Assembly (NCBI GenBank): GCA_965242885.1 | Contig: CBDETH010000008.1 | Location: 461,537-525,536 of the forward strand | DNA from: a bacterium | GTDB taxonomy: Bacteria; JAAXHH01 | Reading direction: 5' to 3' | DNA length: 64,000 bases | Shown: piece after piece, positions 1 through 10,410 of the stretch | Position numbering within the stretch: position 1 is the first letter of the stretch | Layout: each line of letters opens with the position of its first letter | Notes under the pieces: generated by a model | What the model was told of the DNA's origin: nothing | The model's database searches: none | What the model saw: the letters and a program-made list of their open reading frames with translations, nothing else | Position numbers and translations under genes: made by a program

Positions 1-2000
1 GAGACGCCGCACCAATACCGATATTGACGACATCCCAGACGGTCTCGAATGCACGCCCATCCGGATCCACATACTTGAGCGGATTGTTGGCGGCATAAAC
101 ATACGGACTGATCCCCGGATACTCATCCTGCATGGGATCGGGCCGCAGGAACCTGCCGACATCGTAAGCGTATTCCCTCTCCAGCATGTAGTCAAGGCCG
201 GACTCGGCATCCCGCTCGTGGCCGGTGAACCGGAAGTGCGTGGAGCCTGATCCGCTAGTTGCCAGAACCTTTCCGTAGGGCCAGTAGTCGTATGCGGCGG
301 TGACGGTCCCTTCCCCGGCCACGAGGCTCCGGGTGCTGCCGAGATGATCGGCCAGATAGTAGTTGCTGATGCCGCCGGCAACTCTTGCGATGCGCCGTGA
401 CCCGGCATAGACGTACCGTGCCGAAAGCGTCTGCCCTGAGTACTCCGCCAGCACGCTGCCTTCCGGACCTCTCACGTAGTACGTCGTGGCGGTCCCGACG
501 GTCTTCTTCACGCGCCGGCGCTCCGGATCCATGAGATACCGCGCGTTTCCGTAGCCGGTGGTGAGTCCCCGGTAGTCGTAAGTCAGCGCGTTCGTGCCCC
601 TTGCCGTCATCCAACCGTTCGGGTTGTAGGCGTACGTCTGTCCTCCGGTGCCCGTGGTGCTGTCCAGCCTGTTGGGCGTGGAGGTACCCGAGTAGTTGTA
701 GGTGAGCCGGTTGCTGCCGGTCACCACGGACGTCAGGTTGCCGTTTTTGTCGTAGGCGTAGTCCCGGCTTGTGCCGCCGGTCAGATCGAAGCCGGTGATC
801 CGGTACAGGGCGTCGTAGGCGTAGTCCGCGGTTTTGGAAGCGGCGCCGCCATGGCTGTACTTCTGCCTGGTGACGTTACCGGTGAGGTCGTAGGTAAGCT
901 TGGAATTGAACGTACCTGCGTAGTTGATTTCGGTGACCCACTCGCGCGGGTTGTAGGTGTAGCGTCCGGTTACGACGTCGTCCCCGGTGACGTGGGTCTC
1001 GATGTTACCCGCGGCGGTGTGGGTATACACCGCGAGCGTGTTGCCATTCGCATCCCACACGCGGGTCGGGCGACCTGCGTTGTCATATGCATAACGCGCC
1101 TGGGCGCCGTCTGGATAGACCAGGCGGGTCACCCGCCCTGCCAGGTCGTGGATGTAGGCGGCCGTTTTCGTGCCGGTCAGGCCCTCAATGCTCACCTGCT
1201 TGACGCGCACGTTGCCCAGGTGGTCGTAGGCGTACTCGTGGACGACCTCGGCGGCCGCGTCGGCGTCGGTGTTTTCCTCGACTTTAGTCAGGCGCCCCTG
1301 GGCGTAGTTGGGACCGCCGCCAGCGACCTCGTTGCCTGCGACAGGATCGCCCGCGACAAGGCCGCCGCCGTCGTAGGTCATGCGGCTTCGCCACGACGAG
1401 GCGTCGTTTTCGAAGTGGTAGGACCGCTCCGGATCGAGACGTGAGAAGTTGGCCGCCGCCTCTCCCACGCGGGTCACGCGCCCGAAGTCGTCGTAGACGG
1501 TGTAGGTGATTTTCCTGTTGGCGCCCGTGCCGGCGGCGCGCTGCCGGGCGTCCTGTGAGAAGCGCATTCTGCCGAGGTCGTCGTACTTGTACAGGGTGGC
1601 CGCGTCGGCGTCGGGGTGATGCCGGCTGATCATGCGGCCCAGGGTGTCGTAGGCGTAGCGAGAGATGGCGGTCACCGGATTGGTGGCGGTGCCTCTCTCC
1701 GGCATGGTGGTCGAGATAAGCCGGTCCAGGGCGTCATAAGCGTAGGACGTCTGGTTATTCCGGGTACCGGCGCTCGTACCCGCCGAGTCGGCGATGACGT
1801 GGCGCATGCGCCCATAGGGGTCATAGACTCTGGTGGTGGCCACGCCCTTCTCGTCGTCTACGGTCACGTAGGACCGGCCCGGGCCGGACCCGGCGGCCCA
1901 GTTGCCGTAGCGGGTGTCGACAGCCGAGTTGTTGTCGTGGCCGGGCGGGACGACGCTGGAGACCCTCAGGAGCGGGTCGTCGTCGTAGGCGGTCGTAGTA
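1..2000 (-). pseudogene. Orphan rhs cassette 4 (5'-truncated Rhs core; toxin tip runs off the left edge of the window)
   Basis: The minus-strand frame reads TTTAYDDDPLLRVSSVVPPGHDNNSAV...SPYVYAANNPLKYVDPDG|RAFETVWDVVNIGIGAAS. It is near-identical to the 3' part of the full-length rhs. Homology starts abruptly at ~2000 and no start/SD is evident there. Confidence 0.85.
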
Positions 2001-2685
2001 GGACGTAGGGGTGATGCGGGAGTCTCTTCGAAACAGATTGGCGTCGTGGGAGACCGTGACCTCTTCGGCTGCGGTATAGGAGGATTCTACGAAATGAGCA
2101 GTGTCAGGATCTTGCTAGCAGAATTGACCGGCCTTCAGGTCTGCTGGAAAGGCCGGTGCTGGATCACGTTCTCGATCATCTGGACCAGTTGTAAAATCAT
2201 CACGACCAAGGATACGCTTCAAAGTCATCATTCGCTCGATGACAAGAATACATCACAATACCCGAACGCCGATTCTGGCAGGTCCGAGAAGTATGCTATT
2301 GTCCCATCGGGGTCTAAGTACAAAGCGAATTGTGTTGGAATATGCAATGTACTCGACACCCAATCTGACCAACCCGGACTTCACCACACCTTTCAGGTAC
2401 AGGCTGGGATAACGGACACCACTAACGTGTATTTCCATGCAGGTTTTCTTCATCTATCCCTGATGAAAGGCGTCTTCAGCCGCTCCGCAGTCGTCTAGAT
2501 CAAGTCTATCCCACACCCTGTGTGGCGCTTCTACAACTGGCTTTAGTGAGATCTGCTTGATAGCTGACGCTTAGACTCCAGATAAAACTCTCCTTGTTCT
2601 GCTATACATTGAAGGTTCTTTCTATAGCGATTCCGATAAACGGTGTACTACCCGCAACCTTATCAAATCACCGAACTCCAGGATC

Positions 2686-3117
2686 CTATGGCCTACACAA
2701 AGCCCAAGCTACCTTAGCTATCACGACTACGGCCACCGTGATAACAAATCCAGCAAGTATGTACTTTAGCCAGAGTTCCGGAAACACATCCACAACAAAA
2801 AACGCAATTACTATAACAGATATCATAGTAACTGAGACCGTGAACAGTCGTTTGTTAAACTCTCCGTACCAAAGGTCAATAGTGAAATTCATGATGGATT
2901 TAGCGGTATATGCGCCTACACCAATAAAGATAAAACCCGCAAGAGACTTCTCCGCTTCACTCCAACTATAGCCCACCCAAATGACTATCACTGCGATCAA
3001 AGTGATTAGAAAAACCTCAAAATTGTTCCAGTCAGGATCGAGTCGATTCAAACGGGTGTACAGGCGATGAACTACCCTAAAGCGGCTTGATTTCCGTTGT
3101 TTTTTACGGGAACTCAT
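2686..3117 (-). CDS. Putative Rhs immunity protein, small multi-pass membrane protein (~4 TM)
   Basis: 143-aa ORF with four hydrophobic segments and low GC. Its start overlaps the stop of cassette 3 (ATGA at 3114-3117). Confidence 0.75.
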   Translation of the reverse strand: MSSRKKQRKSSRFRVVHRLYTRLNRLDPDWNNFEVFLITLIAVIVIWVGYSWSEAEKSLAGFIFIGVGAYTAKSIMNFTIDLWYGEFNKRLFTVSVTMISVIVIAFFVVDVFPELWLKYILAGFVITVAVVVIAKVAWALCRP

Positions 3118-4703
3118 TCTTTATCCCTTTCCTCTTCTCCATCGGAAGTAAACCATCCGAAGATTCTGGAACCGATTTGGGTGGCGGCAGTACTTGCTGA
3201 TATGGCTCGTCTCGCGATGTAGTTTTGAGCTTTTTCATATAGCTCTTCCGCTCTTGTGTATCGACTTTTTGCGCGAGAATCTCTGCTTTGGCTTGCGGCA
3301 TTGTCACCGATTCTCTTAAGTCGATCAGCATCACGTGTCAGATGTCTTACTGTACTGGAAGTGCCGGCTATTCTACCGGCTGTTTCTCCAGCAAATCTGC
3401 CAATGCTCCTTCCAACGGCTACATCCTGTACAGTATTCGTTAAATCCACATTTCCAGTTTCGTTTACCTGGTGTAAAGCACTGAATCCTGCATCGGTGGC
3501 TGCTTCGATTCCAAACCTTGCGACTTTGTTAACCTTCGACAGTTTGGTTATCAACCCAACCCCTGTTGCCCCAGCCGCGGCTGATATCACTACAGAGCCC
3601 AAATCGATTTCATCAAGTGAGCGTCCATCTACCGCAACCTGTATGCCGACATCAATCGCAGCGCCTACTATGGCACCAAAAACTAATGCACGCCCATCCG
3701 GATCCACATACTTGAGCGGATTATTGGCGGCATAGGCATAGGGACTGATCCCCGGGTACTCGTCCTGCATGGGATCGGGCCGCAGGAACCTGCCTATGTT
3801 GTAAGCGTAGTTTCTGTCCAGCATGTAGTCAAGGCCGGACTCGGCGTCCCGCTCATGCCCGGTGAACCGGAAGTGCGTGGCGCCGGTGCCGCTCGAAACC
3901 AGGATCTTGCCGTAGGGCCAGTAGTCGTAGGCGGCGGTGATGTTCCCTTCCCCGTTGATCAAGCTCCGGGTGCTGCCCAGGTGATCGGCCACGTAGTAGT
4001 TTTTGATGCCGCCGGCTACTCTTGCGATGCGCCGAGTTCCCGCATACACGTACCGTGCCGAGAGCGTCTGCCCCGAGTACTCGGCCAGGACGCTTCCACC
4101 CGGGCCTCTAAGGTAGTAGGTGATGGCCGTCCCGACGGTCTTCTTCACGCGCCTTCGGTCCGAATCCATCAGATACCGTGCGCTGCCGTAGCCCGTGGTC
4201 AGCCCGCGATAGTCGTATCTCACCGTATCTGCGCCCTTGCGCGTCATCCACCCGTTCTGGTTATAGACGTACGCCTGCCCTCCGGTGCCCGAGGTGCTGT
4301 CCAGCCTGTTGGGCGTGGAGGTACCCGAGTAGTTGTAGGTGAGCCGGCTGCTGCCGGTCACCATGGACGTCAGGTTGCCGTTTTTGTCGTAGGCGTAGTC
4401 CCGGCTGGTGCCGCCGGTCAGGTCGAAGCCGGTGATCCGGTAAAGGGCATCGTAGGCGTAGTCCGCGGTTTTGAACGCGGCGCCGCCATGGCTGTACTTC
4501 TGCCTGGTGACGTTACCGGTGAGGTCGTAGGTAAGCTTGGAATTGAACGTACCTGCGTAGTTGATTTCGGTGACCCACTCGCGCGGGTTGTAGGTGTAGG
4601 TACCGGTGACTACGCCGTCTGCAGTCGTGTCACCCGCGCCCTGACCCACGATGTGGGTGGCGATGTTGCCCGCGGCGGTGTGGGAATACCGAACCACATT
4701 CAT
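3114..4703 (-). CDS. Orphan rhs cassette 3: partial Rhs core plus ~190-aa C-terminal toxin tip
   Basis: YD repeats, DHLGSTR, FTGHERDAESGLDYM and PYAYAANNPLKYVDPDG. The divergent low-GC tip starts at ~3692. Homology to the main rhs begins at ~4685. Confidence 0.85.
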   Translation of the reverse strand: MNVVRYSHTAAGNIATHIVGQGAGDTTADGVVTGTYTYNPREWVTEINYAGTFNSKLTYDLTGNVTRQKYSHGGAAFKTADYAYDALYRITGFDLTGGTSRDYAYDKNGNLTSMVTGSSRLTYNYSGTSTPNRLDSTSGTGGQAYVYNQNGWMTRKGADTVRYDYRGLTTGYGSARYLMDSDRRRVKKTVGTAITYYLRGPGGSVLAEYSGQTLSARYVYAGTRRIARVAGGIKNYYVADHLGSTRSLINGEGNITAAYDYWPYGKILVSSGTGATHFRFTGHERDAESGLDYMLDRNYAYNIGRFLRPDPMQDEYPGISPYAYAANNPLKYVDPDGRALVFGAIVGAAIDVGIQVAVDGRSLDEIDLGSVVISAAAGATGVGLITKLSKVNKVARFGIEAATDAGFSALHQVNETGNVDLTNTVQDVAVGRSIGRFAGETAGRIAGTSSTVRHLTRDADRLKRIGDNAASQSRDSRAKSRYTRAEELYEKAQNYIARRAISASTAATQIGSRIFGWFTSDGEEERDKE

Positions 4704-5031
4704 GTTCTTGGGGTTTCACACGTGCTGAAGGCGACCGGTCAGAATCGCAAGAACCGGTCCACGTGCGTAAGGGTGGTTCGGCTAGCGGGCAAACTTTGCG
4801 GGTTTTCGGCGCCGCTCGTTATCCTGATATGATACTGTACATGGAAGATACCTGTCTACCGACCGAGCAAGCTTAGTTTGCCTGATTTAATACATTCTAA
4901 CTTCTGAGGACTGAACCAACTTGAGACGTTCATCTTTATGCTTGTGCTCGATAAGGAACAGGAGTTCATCCTAAAGACCTGGTAAACGCAAGCATGGGAA
5001 AGACGAATTGGTACTCGGAAACTAATTTCGT

Positions 5032-5571
5032 CTAATCGGTGGCAACAAACAGTTTCTTTGTTGAGACAATCTGGCGTCTGAGTACTTCAACATTCAGGGC
5101 ATTGGGAAAAAACAAAAACTGTATCTCGAATATAGGAACTATTTGCTCACCGGGATATTCGAACAGTACCAGTTTGTTTCTGCTGATCTGTCTGTGCCCA
5201 AGCTCAAAGTAGACAAACCAGTGCTTCTTGCTTTGGCCAGCGAATATCAGTCGTCTACTCGACAGATTCTCGTCATATAGAAGGTTTTCGTTATAGTCTT
5301 CCCCAGGCTCTGCAATAGCTTTTATGTCATCGGGGTTGGAAATCGCGTCGACTATTGACCTTGGTATAGCATCAACCGAAGTGTAAGTGACGAATTCATG
5401 TTGCAGAATGATATCTATGGGCCATTTAGGTTCTTGTTCCGGCGTACACGACAGATGAAAGGTGTTAGACAAAACAATACCTGCAATAGTGCCAATAGCA
5501 GAGAACGTATACCGAGACCGTTTCTGCCAGAGGATGAGAATTGAGTTTCGAATCCTAGATTTAATCGTCAT
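5032..5571 (-). CDS. Putative immunity protein, exported/lipoprotein-like; paralog of 5648-6232
   Basis: Low GC. N-terminal hydrophobic stretch ending FHLSC-TPEQEPKWPIDIILQ, plus RRLIFAGQS..HWFVYFE shared with its neighbour. Start placed at ATG 5571 (ORF is open from 5640). Confidence 0.65.
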   Translation of the reverse strand: MTIKSRIRNSILILWQKRSRYTFSAIGTIAGIVLSNTFHLSCTPEQEPKWPIDIILQHEFVTYTSVDAIPRSIVDAISNPDDIKAIAEPGEDYNENLLYDENLSSRRLIFAGQSKKHWFVYFELGHRQISRNKLVLFEYPGEQIVPIFEIQFLFFPNALNVEVLRRQIVSTKKLFVATD

Positions 5572-5647
5572 TTCTTCAACACTATCATTGTCAGCGAAAG
5601 TATATGTTGGTGGTTCTAACTGTCCGAAGCACATCCTCATTGGTAAT

Positions 5648-6232
5648 TCAGCGAAAGATCACCATGCTCCCTGATTTAACTATCATGCGTTTAAGTTCCT
5701 CAAAACCAGTTGCTTTATAGACCATATTCATTTGTATCAAAAGTTCTACTTTCTCTTCGGTGTACTCGAACAGGTGTAATTGACAATTCCAGCCCATTCC
5801 ACCTTGTTCGAAATAGATAAACCAGTGATTACCTGACTGACCGGCGAATATGAGTCTTTTGAACGGTCGATCCAGGTACTCTATAACATCGGTACTATTG
5901 TAATGGTCACCAGGATCTACCATGGGTATTACACCATCGGAGGTAGCGAATGCGTCGATTAGTGGCTTTGGAATAGAATCAACGGTTATGTAAGTGAAGA
6001 ATTCATCTTGCAATATGATATCAATTGGCCACTTGGGTTCTTGTTTCTGAGTACACGACAGGTGCAAGGAACTGAACAAAATGATACCTGCGACAACACC
6101 AAAAGTAGTGTACAGGTACATAGAACTTTTCTCGCAAAGAGTGTGAATCGTATTAACTCTTGTTATAAAGTCACATTTCAACCCAAAACGGCAGCGGTGG
6201 TACGCTCTAGTGTTGGCGAACTTTATCAACAC
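5648..6232 (-). CDS. Putative immunity protein, exported/lipoprotein-like; paralog of 5032-5571
   Basis: Contains LHLSC-TQKQEPKWPIDIILQ and KRLIFAGQSGNHWFIYFEQGG. Lies downstream of cassette 2. Start is uncertain (possibly ATG 6121). Confidence 0.65.
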   Translation of the reverse strand: MLIKFANTRAYHRCRFGLKCDFITRVNTIHTLCEKSSMYLYTTFGVVAGIILFSSLHLSCTQKQEPKWPIDIILQDEFFTYITVDSIPKPLIDAFATSDGVIPMVDPGDHYNSTDVIEYLDRPFKRLIFAGQSGNHWFIYFEQGGMGWNCQLHLFEYTEEKVELLIQMNMVYKATGFEELKRMIVKSGSMVIFR

Positions 6233-6459
6233 AAGACTGGAAGTACCGCATACCGTGAAGGTTGTATCTTACCGGTGATACAGAATCGCCAGTTTACCAG
6301 GAGTCCGTGCTCAAAGTCAGATTCGAACAACATCCGGCGCTCGATCCGACCCTTGCGGATACGTATTGGTATATAAAGAACTCACCGAGCCTAGACTCCT
6401 GGTGTGCTTTTGTGATTTGACAACAAGGAATAACCCCGTGTAGGGTTATCGTTGAATTC

Positions 6460-9400
6460 TCATGGATTGGGTTCTTGCTCCCGTTCACCAACCACTTCAA
6501 CGGTCGGCTGTGTGCTATTGGGTACAGTAGATGTGGGACCAATAGTCCTGTAAAGAAGTCGATGAGTGTGGTCACGTCTTGTAACCTCATCAGGTCCGAT
6601 TAGACCCGTTTTTCTGGCTACACTGGTCTCGGTTCCCAGTATTACTCTTTCTTCCTCTTTGTTTTTAAATGCTATGGATATAGTCGCCGTATCTTCAACG
6701 TACCCTTCACGGTCTCGATCAAACCGGTTTGCATGGTCTGCTTCATGAAGCAACCCAATTACCGGGGAAAGGACCTTGTCACTGGTTGTTATAAACCCCT
6801 GAATTGGGTTCCAGGATATTGTCTTGGTGTTAGGGTTGAAACTATTACTCTCGTCGATCTCTGGGTTTTCTGCAAGATAAAAGACTGTTCCAGAGCGCTC
6901 CAAGCGCGCTAACAGTCCTGATACCTTATGCCTGTTCAGGTATTGAACCGCACTAGCGAAGTGCTTTCGGAATTCTGCAGAACTGCCGGGAGCAAACCGC
7001 AGTTTGTTCCCATCCGGATCCACATACTTGAGCGGATTGTTGGCGGCATAGGCATAAGGACTGATCCCGGGATACATGTCCTGCATGGGATCGGGTCTGA
7101 GGAACCTGCCAATGTTGAAAGCGTAATTCCTGTCCAGCATGTAGTCAAGGCCAGACTCTGAGTCCCGCTCGTGGCCGGTGAACCTGAAATGGGTGCCTCC
7201 GGCACCGCTCGAAGCGAGGACCTTACCGTAGGGCCAGTAGTCGTAGGCGGCGGTGACGGTCCCTTCCCCGGCCACGAGGCTCCGGGTGCTGCCGAGATGA
7301 TCGGCCAGATAGTAGTTGCTGATGCCGCCGGCAACTCTTGCGATGCGCCGTGACCCGGCATAGACGTACCGTGCCGAAAGCGTCTGCCCTGAGTACTCCG
7401 CCAGCACGCTGCCTTCCGGACCTCTCACGTAGTACGTCGTGGCGGTCCCGACGGTCTTCTTCACGCGCCGACTGTCCGGGTCCATGAGATACCGCGCGCT
7501 GCCGTAGCCGGTGGTAAGCCCCCGGTAGTCGTAGGTCAGCGCGTTCGCACCCCTAGCCGTCATCCATCCGTTCTGGTTATAGGCGTACGTTGTAGTCGCG
7601 CTACCCACGGCGGTGCTGTCCAGCCTGTTGGGCGTGGAGGTACCCGAGTAGTTGTAGGTGAGCCGGTTGCTGCCGGTCACCACGGACGTCAGGTTGCCGT
7701 TTTTGTCGTAGGCGTAGTCCCGGCTTGTGCCGCCGGTCAGATCGAAGCCAGTGATCCGGTAGAGGTCATCGTAGGCGTAGTCCGCGGTTTTGGACGCGGC
7801 GCCGCCATGGCTGTACTCCTGCCTGGTGACGTTGCCGGCGAGGTCGTAGGTAAGCTCGGATCTGAACGTACCAGCATAGTTCAGATCGGTGACCCACTCG
7901 CGTGGGTTGTAGGCGTAGGTACCGGTTACGACGTCTTCACCGGCGACGTGGGTCTCGATATTGCCCGCGGCGGTGTGGGTATACACCGCGAGCATGTTGC
8001 CATTCGCATCCCGCACGCGGTTGAGCCGCCCGGCGCTGTCGTAGGCATAACGCGCCTGCGCGCCGTCGGGGTAGATGATTCCGGTGATCCTTCCGGCGAG
8101 GTCGTAGACATATTCCAGTGTCTTCGCGCCAGTCAGGCCCTCGATTACGACCTGCTTGACGCGCACATTGCCCAGGTGTTCGTATGCGTAGCGGTGCACG
8201 ACCTCGGCGGCCGCGTCGGCGTCGGTGTTCTCCTGGGCCGTGGTGAGGCGCCCCTGGGCGTAGTTGGGACCGCCAGAGGCGGCCTCGTTGCCGGCGACGG
8301 GGTCGCTGTCGGTAACGGCATCGCCGCCGTAGTAGGTCATGCGGCTTCGCCACGACGACGCGTCGTTTTCGAAGGGGTAGGACCGCTCCGGGTCGAGCTC
8401 AGAGAAGTCGGCGGCCGCCTCGCCCACGCGGGTCACGCGCCCGAAGTCGTCGTAGACGGTGTAGGTGACTTTCCGAGTGGCGTTACTGCTGCCGGCGGCG
8501 CGTTGCCGTGCATCCTGCGAGAAGCGCAAGCGGCCCAGGTCGTCGTACTTGTACAGCGTGGCTGCGTCTGCATCGGGGTGATGCCTGCTGACCATGCGCC
8601 CCAGGGTGTCGTAGGCGTAGCGCGTGGTGCCGCCGCCCGGCATGGTGGTGGAGGTGAGCCGGTCCAAGGCGTCGTAGGTATAGGACGTCCGGTTGTTCCG
8701 GGTGCCGGCACTCGTGCCCGCCGAATCGGCGATGACGTACTGCATGCGCCCATAGGGGTCATAGACCCTGGTGGTGGCCACACCCTTTTCGTCGTCTACG
8801 GTCTGGAACGATCGACCCAGTCCGGACTCAGTGCCCCAGTTGCCGTAGCGGGTGTCTACAGCCGAGTTGTTGTCGTGACCGGGCGGGACGACGCGCAAGA
8901 CCCTCAGGAGCGGGTCGTTGTCGTAGGTGGTCGTCGTGACGCGATTGTCCGCGGCGGTCTCGGCCAGGGCGCCGTAGCGCTGCGAGGGCGACCGGTATAC
9001 GGGACCGAGCAGTTTTTCGGGCTTGCCCGCCCGGTTGTACGTCGACCGGGTGACGATGTCGTTGGCTTCAGCCCCCGCCCGCGTCTGTATCTGGCGCGCC
9101 AGGCCGTCGTAGTAGGTCGTGACGGTTTCCGCCTTGCCGACGTAGAGGTTCGCGAGGTAGCCGTCACCAGACTCGCCTGCCGCCTTGAACGCGGGCTTCC
9201 AGTTCGCAGGGACTGTGGCCGAAGCGCTAGCGCTCTTGAACCGGGTGTCCTTATGGCCATACATCCATGCGTTCACCTTGCCGGTGGGCAGGAGCTCCAT
9301 CTCGACGCGGGCCCAGGGCCAGTTTCGGTTGTAACCGGGCACCATGGCCGTGGACGCGGCGGTGCCACCGATGCTGCGCTCGAGCTTGACGCGGCCGCGG

Positions 9401-9720
9401 TCATAGACCATGCGGACGTAGTCGTTCCCGTCTTCGAAGGCCATGATGACGGTTTTGCCGGAGGTGACCGAGCCCGGATGGAAGTCGGCCCTGGCCGTGA
9501 CGCGGCCTTCGACCCTTCCGGTTTCGAGCACGGAGGAGGCTCCGAGCTTCACGGACCGCTTCGCGGCTTTCTGCTGGTTGTAGTCGACGGCCCCGGTACC
9601 TGTGACGCCATCGCCTCCAGCCCGGGGGTCGATGCCGGCGCGGAAGTTCGACCCGGCCTTCGCGTGGAAGCCCGGACCCAGGACGATGCGCACGCTGGCG
9701 CGCAGGGTAACGGTTTCGCC
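6460..9720 (-). CDS. Orphan rhs cassette 2 with a C-terminal HExxH zinc-metallopeptidase-like toxin tip
   Basis: 1077-aa ORF (GTG at 9693) co-linear with the last ~45% of the main Rhs. DPDG at ~7010-7020. The tip contains SPVIGLLHEADHA...NKEEERVI..TRRDH. The 5' end abuts an IS remnant. Confidence 0.85.
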   Translation of the reverse strand, partial: GETVTLRASVRIVLGPGFHAKAGSNFRAGIDPRAGGDGVTGTGAVDYNQQKAAKRSVKLGASSVLETGRVEGRVTARADFHPGSVTSGKTVIMAFEDGNDYVRMVYDRGRVKLERSIGGTAASTAMVPGYNRNWPWARVEMELLPTGKVNAWMYGHKDTRFKSASASATVPANWKPAFKAAGESGDGYLANLYVGKAETVTTYYDGLARQIQTRAGAEANDIVTRSTYNRAGKPEKLLGPVYRSPSQRYGALAETAADNRVTTTTYDNDPLLRVLRVVPPGHDNNSAVDTRYGNWGTESGLGRSFQTVDDEKGVATTRVYDPYGRMQYVIADSAGTSAGTRNNRTSYTYDALDRLTSTTMPGGGTTRYAYDTLGRMVSRHHPDADAATLYKYDDLGRLRFSQDARQRAAGSSNATRKVTYTVYDDFGRVTRVGEAAADFSELDPERSYPFENDASSWRSRMTYYGGDAVTDSDPVAGNEAASGGPNYAQGRLTTAQENTDADAAAEVVHRYAYEHLGNVRVKQVVIEGLTGAKTLEYVYDLAGRITGIIYPDGAQARYAYDSAGRLNRVRDANGNMLAVYTHTAAGNIETHVAGEDVVTGTYAYNPREWVTDLNYAGTFRSELTYDLAGNVTRQEYSHGGAASKTADYAYDDLYRITGFDLTGGTSRDYAYDKNGNLTSVVTGSNRLTYNYSGTSTPNRLDSTAVGSATTTYAYNQNGWMTARGANALTYDYRGLTTGYGSARYLMDPDSRRVKKTVGTATTYYVRGPEGSVLAEYSGQTLSARYVYAGSRRIARVAGGISNYYLADHLGSTRSLVAGEGTVTAAYDYWPYGKVLASSGAGGTHFRFTGHERDSESGLDYMLDRNYAFNIGRFLRPDPMQDMYPGISPYAYAANNPLKYVDPDGNKLRFAPGSSAEFRKHFASAVQYLNRHKVSGLLARLERSGTVFYLAENPEIDESNSFNPNTKTISWNPIQGFITTSDKVLSPVIGLLHEADHANRFDRDREGYVEDTATISIAFKNKEEERVILGTETSVARKTGLIGPDEVTRRDHTHRLLYRTIGPTSTVPNSTQPTVEVVGEREQEPNP

Positions 9721-9724
9721 TAAA

Positions 9725-9987
9725 GCGACGGCTTATGATCGGCCACCCCTATGACAACGCCAAAGCAGAGCGCTTCATCAGAACGCTCAATACGATGGGT
9801 TCTATCACTACGAAGACGGATACCCGGAAAAGCCCAATAACGGATCGGCTACTTCATCGACAAACTACATACCCGTCAACGTTTGCACTCAAGCGCTGGA
9901 CTATACGCCAACTGCCAAATGCGAGCGAACGATAAAAAGTGACAAAACTGTAGCTTTACTGGGTGTCCCATTGTGGGGTGAACAACA
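9725..9987 (+). mobile_element. Degraded IS3-family remnant (3' end of the integrase core and right end)
   Basis: GHPYDNAKAERFIRTL resembles the IS3 GNPYDNAxAESFFxTLK motif. A frameshifted RLHSS motif follows. The end sequence GTGTCCCATTGTGGGGTGAACAACA resembles an IS3 right inverted repeat. Confidence 0.65.
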
Positions 9988-9993
9988 AGAAGA

Positions 9994-10410
9994 TCACTTG
10001 CGAGCTAGTAAGCCAACGACGATATAAAGTACCGCCCTCAAGCCCATGATCACTATGACTGTCACAGCCATATTTAAGGGTACATCGAAGACAACGAGAA
10101 TTGTTACCAGAATAGCAGACATAATCGTCGCCTTCCGCACAAGCTTCCAGTCGAGCTTATCTTTTCGAATTGCGTTCAGTATCAAAATCCCCAATTCCCC
10201 GAAGATGCAAAAACTAAGTGCCAAGACACTTACTACACCTGTGATCAAAACAGCCATGGGCCATTCACCTTTGATAAGGTACCATCCGATCAGACACAAC
10301 AAACCAACAGCTCCGAGTATGACCCTAATGTCCGTATCAGGATGTCTCAGATAGGTCATTAATTGGCGTACTTGATCTTTGACATTCTCCATTGAATTCC
10401 TAGTGTTCAT
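9994..10410 (-). CDS. Putative cognate immunity protein of the full-length Rhs, ~4-TM membrane protein
   Basis: Low-GC hydrophobic ORF overlapping the rhs stop. Candidate ATGs at 10419 and 10410 lie inside the purine-rich tail of the toxin gene. Confidence 0.75.
   Translation of the reverse strand: MNTRNSMENVKDQVRQLMTYLRHPDTDIRVILGAVGLLCLIGWYLIKGEWPMAVLITGVVSVLALSFCIFGELGILILNAIRKDKLDWKLVRKATIMSAILVTILVVFDVPLNMAVTVIVIMGLRAVLYIVVGLLARK

Noticed and set aside
2046-2600. Short ORFs between immunity 3 and cassette 4
   Set aside because: No recognisable motif. This may be a decayed gene but cannot be supported.
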